Shown here: piece by piece, positions 10,487-21,373 of the stretch
How positions within the stretch are numbered: position 1 is the stretch's first letter
Layout: each line of letters starts with the position of its first letter
Source: Alloascoidea hylecoeti
Lineage: Eukaryota
Reading direction: 5' to 3'
Length of the DNA: 64,000 bases
Assembly (NCBI GenBank): GCA_001600815.1
Contig: BCKZ01000017.1
Location: 225,720-289,719, forward strand
Translations under genes and position numbers: made by a program
The notes under the pieces: model-generated
Told to the model about the DNA's origin: nothing
The model's database searches: none
What the model saw: only the letters and a program-made list of their open reading frames with translations

Positions 10487-13203
10487 TAGTAATAATTCAA
10501 CTAAACTTAATTAATTAGTTATGAATCTATTTATAATTAGTTGATATTGCCAGATCGTTAAGTTCCTCTTTATAGCGTAACAAAATAAGCTCATACTATA
10601 AAACATACTTTATGTTATAAATATTTACGGTATAATCAGTCAAACCGCTCCTATAACTAGTTATTTTTATCAATATCGCTAGAGTGTGACACCAAGTAAG
10701 TACTAGACAGAGACACAAATTGCAACAAGAGGAACGAGAGGGTAGCAATAAAGATCCTAGAGCGACTATACTTTTTGAACCATGCCCTTAAATTTAAGCA
10801 ATATTGGCTGAGGTCCAATTAATATTAATTGATCTCAACGTTAACTAATTACAAATTTTTTACAATTATCAATAAACAGAAAATTGACGTTCTGGGCTTA
10901 ATTAAATAAATAAATTAGATAACACATACTAGCACCTCCTAGCCATGGGTACATAATATATATATGATAAAAAGTAGCTATAGAGAATTTTAAACCCGTC
11001 GCAGTAATATTATCATTATGTTATTGAACTGTGGTCTCATGGTCATAGTTATAACTTACAAGGTATTAGAATTACAGTGCTATCACGATCGTACGAGTAC
11101 CAACATTATATTATAAAACGTTAAGGGTATAACTTGCAATTGTTGTGTAGTTGATTGTGACTTATAATTTCATAGGCTAAATTTTAATGTGCATTATTTA
11201 AAATTATAATTGGCTAGGTCCCTTTAACTGAATTATTACATATTACATAATACATATACATAGCTTATAATTCTGTAATCAGTCCAATGTCCAGACTCCA
11301 TAGACATTTCAGTTCTATTGAATTGTCAAGGGATTCGAAATCTTCAAGTCATACAGCAAACGGGGTGAAAGCTGCTCCTCAAATTCAAATATGCTAAACT
11401 TTGTAGTACACACATACCATAATGGCAAAATATGGTTAACTTTATGGATATATAGATATTTTTCTCTCCAATTTTTATTAATTCTTTTTATCAGGATTGA
11501 TCCTCTTGTACACTTACTGCTCATAATTTGCAATGTGATTCTTGATATTAATAACATAATGAAGTTTTTTTATAGGTTATACACAAGCGATTATGGTTTA
11601 CAAGCGACCCATTTAAGTAATCTTACAAATTACAATATAGTTATGGTCTTATTTTACATTATGTCATGGATAAAAATAGTATTATTTTCCATTTTATTTA
11701 TGTTAATTTCACAATTTTCAGTGTTCTTTTCACATATGTTATACATGTAAGTCTATAATTCTTCAAGTACATGTAATCATAAACTAGAATATCTAATATT
11801 TCTGCAAAAGTAATCTGAGACTTCTATTTTTTTTTAAAATTCACATTTCCCAATATCAAGTTTCTCACTTTCAGGTACACCATCTAACCTTACATTGTAA
11901 ATCTGATCAAATCTTATTATGGAAAGGGTTTATATTTTTTGGAAACTATAACCAAGATTATGATCAATTGTATTGTTTGAATAAAAACAGGCAAGGTAGT
12001 AAAATAGGAGCACAGATAGTTCTTTTGATTGTTCTTACTTTAGTCTATTTGCATTGTTCGGTCCACATCCATTTGTATTGTGTGTCCATGTATAATAGCT
12101 GCATCATAATGCATGAAAATATATTCAGCTCTAGTTCGGAGGTGCCTAAAGTGCAATAGAAATACATAGGTTCCTCGGGATATCGCCCAGCTTTCCAGAT
12201 AAGGATAAAGAGTTCTTTTTAGGCTTGTTTACAACGCTAATATCTAGATACATGTATTAGATACTATTTGTTTAGTTGCCCAGGTCTAATACATAATACA
12301 GTACTTATTCTTTTAGATATTATTATTATGGTATGCATGTGAAGTTGTGAACTAGAATTGGAATTTGGACGTGTGTGAGACAAAGATAACTTTTAAGACT
12401 AATTTGAAATTTGTAATTAATTAAGGCATTGACCACCACAACACCTATATTTCATGGATATCCAGAAAATCCTCCTACATCTTCACGAGTCAGCATTCCG
12501 CTGTCCCGCTAAAAAGCATAAATTTAACGAAGTAGGCTTCATTAAGTAAAGTTCTGGTGGATCAGTACTCGCCAAAACAATTGTGTGATATATTTTTAGT
12601 ACAACTAATTTATTAAAGGCAAATAGTACTCCATAAACTTCATGTTATTGAAACTGTTCCAGAATATGTGTAATTATTCTGGACCCTCACATGTGCACAT
12701 ACTCTGAAAGGGATACTTAACTAAATTTTATTGAACTTTTCGAAATTCAGCTGATAATGTTTCTATAGATAACGCTATGGTTTAATTTACTTTCAATATC
12801 CTATGTCAGCGCGATAGGCTAAACGATATAAATATCTAGAAGTTACGAAATGAAGATTCAACGGTAGAATAAAAGGAGTGAATATAATAGTTTAAATTAT
12901 CTACCCATCAAATATCATAAGATTTTTATTTACCATGATATAATTACTTACAAGAAGAAGTCTTTGTAATTGGAATTGATATTGGTATTCGTTATGGCAA
13001 AACTCTAATTTTTTTATTTATTTAAGTACAAACATTAGATAAATTCCCCATGAAAAATATATCATTTATAATTATACAGTAAGGTATTTCAGCAAAAAGA
13101 AAACAAAATTGCCAAATGCCAAATTATATCTAGATTCCTTAAAGTAATAAGTACTAAAACATTGAAAAATTGAGAGCTCTTGAAATGTGTGTGGAAATTT
13201 TGT

Positions 13204-14076
13204 TTAGACTTTGAAACCCTTTGAATTTCTGCGACCACGACCCTTTTCGAATTTACGTCCCTTGGACAAAATTCTTGGTGCCTTACGCTTATGAGGACCC
13301 ATACCAAAGTGTCTAACGGCTTCTCTGGAATTTCTTGGACCTCTAACAAGGAGAGTGTTTTGTCCCTTAGGGGCACGGATAGCAAGTTGATCCAAAGTAA
13401 GGATTTCACCACCAGCCTTTAAGATTCTAGCTCTGGCGGTTGCAGTAACTCTTAAAGCGGCAAGGGTAACCTTTGGTGTTTCCAAAAGACGGTTATCATC
13501 AGTGACTGTTCCAACAACAACAATAATCTTCTTAGATGCACCTTCTTGATTAAGAGCCTTGGCGACACGGGAAAGGGAAACTGGAGGACTGTTGGTTTTT
13601 GAGAGGAAAAGACTTTTCAAGACAACCTTGTTGAATGGGGCAGCATCAACACGACCTATTATTAAATGTCAGTATATTGTTTCAAAATGTGGATATTTCA
13701 ATGATGGTTGGTAATGATGATTGGTAAGTTTGCTAAGGATTAAAGAAATTTGTGTAAAATCTGTTCTAGATCATAATATTGTCGCAGTTTTAAAAGGATT
13801 TGACTTTACAAATTCAGATGGATTTTATCATAATCTCTCCATTCAAAACATTGGTAATTTTATTTTGTCGATAATTTATATTTTGAGTATAATCCAATCC
13901 TTCAATTCTAACTCAACTTCATCTATCATTTTTCATCATTAAATCTTCATATCATCAAACTTACGGGCCAAAAAGCTGTAGAGCTTAACCAAAAGCTTTA
14001 AGCTGACATCATCTGATTTTGGAGCAGTACGATTTCCACTCTTTACGTGGAGTTTTGAAAATGAATCTTTACCCAT
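13204..14076 (-). CDS. RPL18: 60S ribosomal protein L18 (eL18); exons 14076-13965, 13655-13204
   Basis: Spliced product [39 protein letters not shown]...GTVTDDNRL...[11 protein letters not shown]...[10 protein letters not shown]. Intron 13964-13656 is GTAAGT..TACTGAC..TAG. Confidence 0.97.
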
Positions 14077-14307
14077 TGTTGTTGATTGTAATGCTAAATT
14101 GTAAAGGCCAATTTTGAATCTTTGGTATGAAGAAAATTAGATACTTTAATTTCCCAATTAGGATGTATGTGTGACTGTCTTCTAAATTCAGTTTCAGCCC
14201 TATGGTACACCACGTGCTAAACACGTTTCTAAAATTACGTAACCATATCACCGAGAAAACTGAAAATATCAGGAGTAGATATATGACTACAATCACAAAA
14301 CAGAAAA

Positions 14308-15180
14308 ATGTCTAAACCTCAACCGTAGGTTGATTCTCTAAACCATTTCTTTTCAATTCTCTGTTCTAACGTGAATTTTCAATTTAATTCTAGTATTGTA
14401 AATCCAAGGGGTATACCACAAGCACCATTTGTTGAGAAAGTTGAAGATTTCATTAAGACAGCAGAAGATGTTGATCCGTTATTAAAACAGTTTAATGAAA
14501 TGTTACAGTACGTTGAAAATGCTTATTAAGTTTATTAATTATAATTGGTATTATACTGACCATTAATTAATAGGAAATACCGATTCATGGTAAGAAATGG
14601 GCTTTACTGTAGCTATAATTTAATTATGAACATTCAAAACTAAACTGATAATGATATAGGAGTCAAGTAAAACTACAAATTTGGCATCAGTCAAACAAAA
14701 AATCCCTGATATTAAAAAGACATTGGAAATGGTCACATTTCTTGATTCTAGAAAAGTATGAACTAGAGTTTTCATCAATCATTAACTTCTTATATAACTA
14801 ACATTTTTTAAAGGATTCTGATGAAAGTATTGAAACAAATTATGAATTAAATGATACATTATTTGCAAGGGCATCAATTACACCCTCTGATACAGTTTAT
14901 TTATGGCTCGGTGTAAGTTTTATATACTATTCTTGGATATTTAATAATACAAATTTTATTAACATTACAACTTTTTTAGGCAAATGTTATGCTTGAATAT
15001 CCAATAAGTGAAGCAATTGAATTATTAGAAGAAAAATTAAAATCTGCAAAAGAGTCATTAAAGGTCACAGAAGAGGATTTAGAATTTTTAAAAGAAAATA
15101 TAACTACTATGCAAGTTAATATTAATAGATTATATAATTGGGATGTTCAACGACGAAGAGATTTGAAAAATAAAAAATAA
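14308..15180 (+). CDS. PAC10: Prefoldin subunit 3; exons 14308-14324, 14394-14507, 14574-14589, 14660-14755, 14814-14912, 14980-15180
   Basis: Spliced product contains NPRGIPQAPFVE, KYRFME, KIPDIKKTLE, YELNDTLFA, VYLWLGANVMLEYP and NRLYNWDV, all prefoldin-3 motifs. Five GT-AG introns keep the frame. Confidence 0.95.
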
Positions 15181-15240
15181 GAATTGATATTCATTTCGAT
15201 ATAATATAGATACTTTATGATTATATTATACTATTAAATA

Positions 15241-15585
15241 TTGATTATATCTATTTCTTTGTTTTCTATTCATTAACAAAGGTAATAAAACCTTTTAAAT
15301 TCCCCATAGCTAATAAAGAATGAAAAGTATCATAACCTAATCCCAATTTACTTTCTTTATGATCAAGAACAGGTATCATTCCACAAGATTCGCATTAAAT
15401 TTGAATATTTATTGATAATAATACCATATTCAAACTCTATATTCTAAAGTTTCATTACACTAGATACTATCCTTTTTATTCATTTGTTTTCCAATATCAT
15501 CAATCCCTAAATTTTGATATCTATTTAAGTAGTTAAAAAGAAATCTGTTAATAATGAAATATCATCTTTTATTAAGGCATAACTA
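15241..15585 (-). pseudogene. Decayed duplicate of the 3' end of the VPS38/UVRAG-like gene (corresponds to ~17894-18279)
   Basis: Co-linear similarity to 17894-18279; 15546-15585 matches 18240-18279 at 39/40. Translation fragments SYALIKDDISLLT and CESCGMIPVLDHKESKLGLGYDTFHSLL are interrupted by frameshifts and stops. Confidence 0.9.
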
Positions 15586-16759
15586 AGCAATACCCCTCTC
15601 TTCACAAAACTGAACATTACCATAATACAATTATGGACTTCCAATCCGTTGTCAGACACTGCACAGCGAATTCCAGTCTCAGTTTATTTAACAAAATATT
15701 GTGCAACTCTTTGATATTTCATTGTCTGACACCAATTCACTATAGAGCAATATTTTTGGAGAAACATCTGTATAAAATCTTCTTTTCCTTTTCATATGTG
15801 GTATGAAGTCGACGAGTAGAGGTTAAAACATTATGTTCAACCACATATTCTAATTGCAAATTTGCAATACACTATTTTCAAGCTCAATTTCAATAATTTA
15901 CTCCGCTAATCAAATCTAAGGGATCTTGGCACAGCTTTGGAATATATCTGGCAAGTGAAACTCAAAACAACATATAAGTTGCTTTCGCCCAATAACTGTT
16001 GTTAACAGCCCCTACTGAATCAAGTATGCACATATAAATAATTGATCAGCTTGTAACTCAACTCTGTTACCGTCAAATAAATATCTAAATATTACAATTG
16101 ATCATCTTTACTATGTCACAAATGTGACATTCAGGTTTTATTTTCTTTCTTACTACATTTTTATGCCATACAATTTTAAATTTATTATTGCGACTATTCT
16201 TGCTCTTATCATAAGTAATGTTATGAAATACTTCTCCAATAATTGGTTCATCAACATCAGATAATCTTGTAGTGATATTATATTACACGTTTAAATACAC
16301 ATCAAGGGGACTCAACTCTCGCATTTCCATCATAGTTCTCGAAGATCCCTTAAAAACCATTCGAAGTAAAAATTAGACATCTAAGAGAGGGAAATCCCTG
16401 ATGACACAAACTTCTCCGTGGATAGTGATATTATTTGTAATACTTTATTTATGTTGGTTTTGTAATTCGAGGTTGCGACATAATTTTTGTTGCGGCATCC
16501 GAGAATGGTAACCCGAACTTTTAATTCCTTTTATTCCAAAAAACAAAAAAGATTTACCTATCCACAGAATAATTTGGAAGAAAAAATCCATTAAATCAAT
16601 GAGAATCTAGTTATAAACTGTAAGCTTATAAAGCTAGAACAATTCTAATATATAGATTAAAAGTTATAAATATGATACATTCTGTAATATTAGTTAAATT
16701 ATCAATAAAAAGTTGATTGACAATCGATATCACAAACAAAGTATATAATCAATTACAAA

Positions 16760-17800
16760 ATGGAATATAAAAATCTTGGAAATTCAGGTCTTAAGATCTC
16801 TAAAATTATTATGGGTTGTATGTCCTATAGTGAATCATCATGGTCTGATTGGATAATTGAAGATGAAGAAAAAGTATTTTCATTAATGAAGAAAGCTTAT
16901 GATGTTGGAATTAGAACATTTGATACTGCAGATACTTATAGTAATGGACAATCAGAAATTTTAATAGGAAAATTCCTAAAAAAATATTCAATTAAGAGAT
17001 CAAGTGTTGTTATTTTAACTAAATGTTTTAGTGTTTCTGATCCTATTGATAAACCACCTGCTACTGCTTTGATTGATCCAGCATATGGACCTGTTAATAC
17101 AAAACAGGAGTATATTAATCGAGTTGGATTATCAAGGAAGCATTTGATGGATGCAGTAGATGATTCTATTGAAAGACTTGGAACATATATTGATGTATAT
17201 CAAATTCATAGATTAGACCCTACAACACCAAAGTTAGAGATTATGTCAACTTTGAATGATATTGTCACATCAGGTAAAGTTCGTTACATTGGAGCTTCAA
17301 GTATGAGAGCCGTTGAATTTGCACAATTACAGTTCATAGCAGAGAATCATAACTTGACAAAATTCATTTCTATGCAAAATTTCTATAATTTATTATATAG
17401 AGAAGAAGAAAGAGAAATGATTCCATTTTGTAATGAAACTGGAGTTGGTATAATTCCTTGGTCACCACTTGCTAGAGGAATTTTAGCACGTCCTATTCAA
17501 GAAAAAGCAAGTTCTTTACGTGCTAAGACTGATTTTATCATTCAAGGATATTTGAAGAATAGTTCAGATTCATTAGATGAAATCCATAGAAGAGTTGAAA
17601 AGTTAGCTAAAGAAAAAGGAGTTTTAATGTCTCAAATTGCAATGGCTTATGTTATTTCTAAAGGAATGTGTCCGATTATTGGGTTTAGTAGTGAAAGAAG
17701 AATTGATGAGGCTATTAAAGGGCTTAAAGTGGTTCTTAGTACTGAAGATATCAAATATTTGGAAGAGCCATATACTCCTCAAACAGTAGTTGGATTCTAA
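16760..17800 (+). CDS. Aldo-keto reductase (aryl-alcohol dehydrogenase / YPL088W-like)
   Basis: LGNSGLKISKIIMGCMS, FDTADTYSNGQSE, LGTYIDVYQIHR, GKVRYIGASS, MQNFYNLLYREEEREM, PWSPLARG. Intronless. Confidence 0.95.
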   Translation: MEYKNLGNSGLKISKIIMGCMSYSESSWSDWIIEDEEKVFSLMKKAYDVGIRTFDTADTYSNGQSEILIGKFLKKYSIKRSSVVILTKCFSVSDPIDKPPATALIDPAYGPVNTKQEYINRVGLSRKHLMDAVDDSIERLGTYIDVYQIHRLDPTTPKLEIMSTLNDIVTSGKVRYIGASSMRAVEFAQLQFIAENHNLTKFISMQNFYNLLYREEEREMIPFCNETGVGIIPWSPLARGILARPIQEKASSLRAKTDFIIQGYLKNSSDSLDEIHRRVEKLAKEKGVLMSQIAMAYVISKGMCPIIGFSSERRIDEAIKGLKVVLSTEDIKYLEEPYTPQTVVGF

Positions 17801-17897
17801 TTTCTATTTATTAATTAAACTATATAAGGTTCTCTTAGAATCTTTATCTTAAGATATAAAAATATTATGCTACAATTTATTAATTATTAGTTATTAA

Positions 17898-19757
17898 TTA
17901 TGTTCTATCTCTTTTGTTCATTAAAAAAAGTAATAAACCTTTTAAATTCCCTAATAAAGTATGAACAGTATCATAACCTAATCCCATTCCACTTTCTTTA
18001 TGATCAAAAACAGGTATCATACCACAAGATTCACATAACATTTGAATATTAATTGATAATAATAAAACACCATATTCAAATCTATATTGTAAAGTTTCTT
18101 TACACCATAATGGGAAAATTCTATCCTTTTCATTTATTTTTTGTTTATTATCAATTCCTAAAATTTGATTTCTGTTTAATTGTAATTGAGAATTTGAAGA
18201 TTGTAATTTTGAGTTTAAATTTGTAATTGAATTTGAATTTGTTAATAATGAAATATCATCTTTTATTAGGGCATAACTACCTCTAACAGAAATTGGATAA
18301 CGTAATTGAATCCATAAATATTTTGATAATTGTAAAACTAATTGACATATAAAACTATAAATTGTACCAAGAATTTCTTCTTCTTCTTCATTTAATTGTT
18401 TTATAATTTTATTTGTTGTTGATTTAATAAATCTTAATGGAATTGATAAATTACAAATTGTAAATTGTGGACCAAAATCAATTGTTGATGTTGATGTTGA
18501 AATCGATTGTAATTGAGATTCAGTTGGTTGTAAAGGTTCAATTGGGAAAATAGAATCTAATTGTTTTGCAATTCTTGAATATTCAAGTTCTATGCACTCT
18601 TTAATATTCTTTAAAGCTTGATTTGGATTATTATTATTATGATTATTGTTTTCTTGATTTATTATAAATTCATTATCAATTTCTAAATTTAAATTAGATA
18701 AATTTGATAAATTTGATGATTTATTTAGATAAATTTCTTGCTTAAAATTAAAACTATCAATTTCAATTTGTTTTAATTTTTCTTTATAATGATTTTTATT
18801 AATTAATTCAATTCTTTTATTTTTTTCATCAATTAATTTTTTTAATTGTAAATTTTTTTTTAAAATTAAATTTTTAATTGTTAATAAATCATTTGAAAGT
18901 TGTGATTTATAATTATTAATTATAAAATAATTTAATGATTTATCTTCTTGTTGTGATTTAGTTTGAAAAGATGATAATGATAATGATAATGATAATGATG
19001 ATGATGATGATGATGATGATTTTGGAAGGTATAAAGATATTTGATATTTTGTTATATTAATTGTTTTAATTGTATCATGTAAAACAGATAAAATATTATT
19101 AAATTTTAATAATGAATTATAAGATATTGATTCAATTTTATTAATTTGTTGATTATTTTTATCTTTATATTTTGAAGTTTCTTTTTTCTTCTTTTTGTTA
19201 TCATTGCTATAAATTGGATTAAAAGTATGAAGATTTGGTGAAGAACTTGATCTTCTTAATTTCAACTCTGGACATAAATAACAACCATCTGATAAAATAA
19301 CAATTATTGAATTTGAAGAAACATTTGATATATCTTGTAATGAATGTGATAGATATGTTAAATTATTTAAAGAAATATCTAATTTTTTAAATAATGACCA
19401 ATTAGTTTGAATTGGTGAAACAGAAGACCAAACTCTTATTGTAAAAGAATTTAAATTTCTTGATTTTATTTCTGAAAAATCTACTTCGGAATATGCAGGA
19501 GATATAGAATCTGATATGACTTCACTTATATAAATAGGTTCGTTGTGAAGATGAGAATGAACGGAGATAAAAGTTGATAAAAATAGATTTGTTGATGAAG
19601 AAACGTTGATGATAGCAAAGCCTTTGATATGTCTTATTCTCCTTATATTTGGACGTATTATAGAACCTGTCTTGGATTGTGGGAGAACGGTGTTTGTGAT
19701 TGGTGGCGACCCAGGCGACCCAGGCGGCACTGGTGAGCCAGGCTCAGAGTGGAACAT
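17898..19757 (-). CDS. VPS38: Vps38/UVRAG-like subunit of PI3-kinase complex II
   Basis: C2-like N-terminus, central coiled coil and a BARA-like C-terminus (IFPIEP, LSKYLWIQLRYPI, IFPLW, RFEYGVLLLSINIQML). Confidence 0.75.
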   Translation of the reverse strand: MFHSEPGSPVPPGSPGSPPITNTVLPQSKTGSIIRPNIRRIRHIKGFAIINVSSSTNLFLSTFISVHSHLHNEPIYISEVISDSISPAYSEVDFSEIKSRNLNSFTIRVWSSVSPIQTNWSLFKKLDISLNNLTYLSHSLQDISNVSSNSIIVILSDGCYLCPELKLRRSSSSPNLHTFNPIYSNDNKKKKKETSKYKDKNNQQINKIESISYNSLLKFNNILSVLHDTIKTINITKYQISLYLPKSSSSSSSSLSLSLSLSSFQTKSQQEDKSLNYFIINNYKSQLSNDLLTIKNLILKKNLQLKKLIDEKNKRIELINKNHYKEKLKQIEIDSFNFKQEIYLNKSSNLSNLSNLNLEIDNEFIINQENNNHNNNNPNQALKNIKECIELEYSRIAKQLDSIFPIEPLQPTESQLQSISTSTSTIDFGPQFTICNLSIPLRFIKSTTNKIIKQLNEEEEEILGTIYSFICQLVLQLSKYLWIQLRYPISVRGSYALIKDDISLLTNSNSITNLNSKLQSSNSQLQLNRNQILGIDNKQKINEKDRIFPLWCKETLQYRFEYGVLLLSINIQMLCESCGMIPVFDHKESGMGLGYDTVHTLLGNLKGLLLFLMNKRDRT

Positions 19758-20033
19758 ATTCGAGATGATAGTTAGTTAGGAGGTTAGTTTTGACTGATAT
19801 TAATTAATATCACTTTCCTGTTTCGTTTTCATTTTCATTTTCATTTTCATTTTTCCACCTCTTTCATTTTTCCTTTTCTAACTCCATTTTTCTTTATTAT
19901 TATTACTGATAATTTTGATATTGATATTGATAATGAATATTAATATTTAATTCTTATTGTTTTGTTCGGTTTCCATTTAATTATAAGCTTGGTATATAAA
20001 ATTTAAAAGAAGGACGCACACCTTCTTCTCTAC

Positions 20034-20771
20034 ATGAATATGGCATTTATCATTTGTCTCGCGCATTTTTGTGAACAACACGGACCAACTCCTATTCAAT
20101 GTATTCAAACGGTTCCTTTAGATTTTAAACTACATCCAGAACCACACCCCTCAAGAGATTCGTTATGTGCTTCATGTCGATTTATTCCAACAAATGAAGG
20201 AAATGGAGGAAGATTAGTAACAACAGATTCTAATTCAAAAATACGATTTGTTTCTTCTCAAAATCCTCCCAATCAATCCCGGTTTTCAGCAGTACGACAG
20301 GCATGCGTTCGCAGTTTGTCAGTTGAACATCAGGTTCCTTTGGCCCAACCTTTACTTTTTGGGGATCCAAGTATAGGATATACGCTTTCATTAACATTCA
20401 AATTAGCGGATAAAGCAGCAAGAGGTGGGGAAAGAACATATTCGATTCTCTGTATATCAGAAAGTGAATCACAATTAATACACAATTGGAACCGAATAGT
20501 TTCTAAATTTACAGCGTTAGTGAAATCATTAAAACAGTCATTGAATCTGAATTTGAATCTAAGTTCCAGTGGGAGTGGAAGTGGAAATGGAGCAAATCGA
20601 GGAATCGAAGAAAAAGATGATCTATTTCGACATGACACGTTTTTAAGGAAAAGAGATGTTATCTCAACTCCAAAGAGTTTAGTAACATTATTAGGAGATG
20701 ATAAAGTATTCATTAAAATTCATGCCTGGGGTGCTTATTTAATAAGAGAATTGGAGTTAAACGAAGGATAA
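20034..20771 (+). CDS. LST7: Folliculin-like protein Lst7
   Basis: LAHFCEQHGP, CASC, FVSSQ, VRQACVRSLSVE, LFGD and DKAARGGERTYS are folliculin N-terminal (longin) motifs. Confidence 0.9.
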   Translation: MNMAFIICLAHFCEQHGPTPIQCIQTVPLDFKLHPEPHPSRDSLCASCRFIPTNEGNGGRLVTTDSNSKIRFVSSQNPPNQSRFSAVRQACVRSLSVEHQVPLAQPLLFGDPSIGYTLSLTFKLADKAARGGERTYSILCISESESQLIHNWNRIVSKFTALVKSLKQSLNLNLNLSSSGSGSGNGANRGIEEKDDLFRHDTFLRKRDVISTPKSLVTLLGDDKVFIKIHAWGAYLIRELELNEG

Positions 20772-21106
20772 CTTTTATTTTTATTTATTTTTATTTATTT
20801 TTATTTATTTTTATTGTATATATTTAATAATGGAGTTGTATTTATTTATTTATTTATTTGTTTATATATGTGAATAAGTAGGATCTTGTGAATAACATAA
20901 TATATATTTTTACAAAGTTGATAGTTGATATAATGATAAATATCTCCTTTTGGTATTTGTGGTACAATGGAGAGATGCCGATCGGTTTAAATGCTAACAG
21001 CTATTAACTGCTAAGACCGCAGATGGCCAGCCATGACTTATGACCCTCCGTCTCCATCTTCATATCTCGTCCATTCGCACGTCTCTACCTGTCTGCTCCT
21101 GTAGAT

Positions 21107-21148
21107 GATACTCATGGCATGACACTCATGGCATGATACTCATGGCAT
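21107..21148. repeat. 14-bp tandem repeat GA(T/C)ACTCATGGCAT x3 in a GC-rich promoter region
   Basis: Units at 21107-21120, 21121-21134 and 21135-21148. Confidence 0.9.
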
Positions 21149-21373
21149 TTCTCCATCCGAACACTAATAAGACACTGTGAGACACGCGAATAAAAAAGAA
21201 CGTTGCTAAAACCGTTTGGGATTACGTAACGCATCGCGTAAGCGGCGGTCGTCCGGCCAACGCACCCAGACACCCAAAGCGGCACCGCCAAAACAGCCGG
21301 GACTAAACATCGTTAAACAACAAACAAACAAACAATCCTCCGGTCAAAAACATCCAAATCTCCTCGAATAATT

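Noticed and set aside
13820..13945. Possible box C/D snoRNA in the RPL18 intron (ATGATGA ... CTGA on the minus strand)
   Set aside because: No terminal stem or recognisable rRNA guide; GATGA-rich sequence is common at the start of this intron.
15590..15810. Short frame with MDFQSVVRHCTAN, loosely like an integrase zinc-binding segment, next to the VPS38 duplicate
   Set aside because: The second Cys and the HH pair are not convincingly placed and no catalytic DDE region is visible.
21107..21148. CRISPR-like array
   Set aside because: The units are directly adjacent with no spacers, and the context is eukaryotic.
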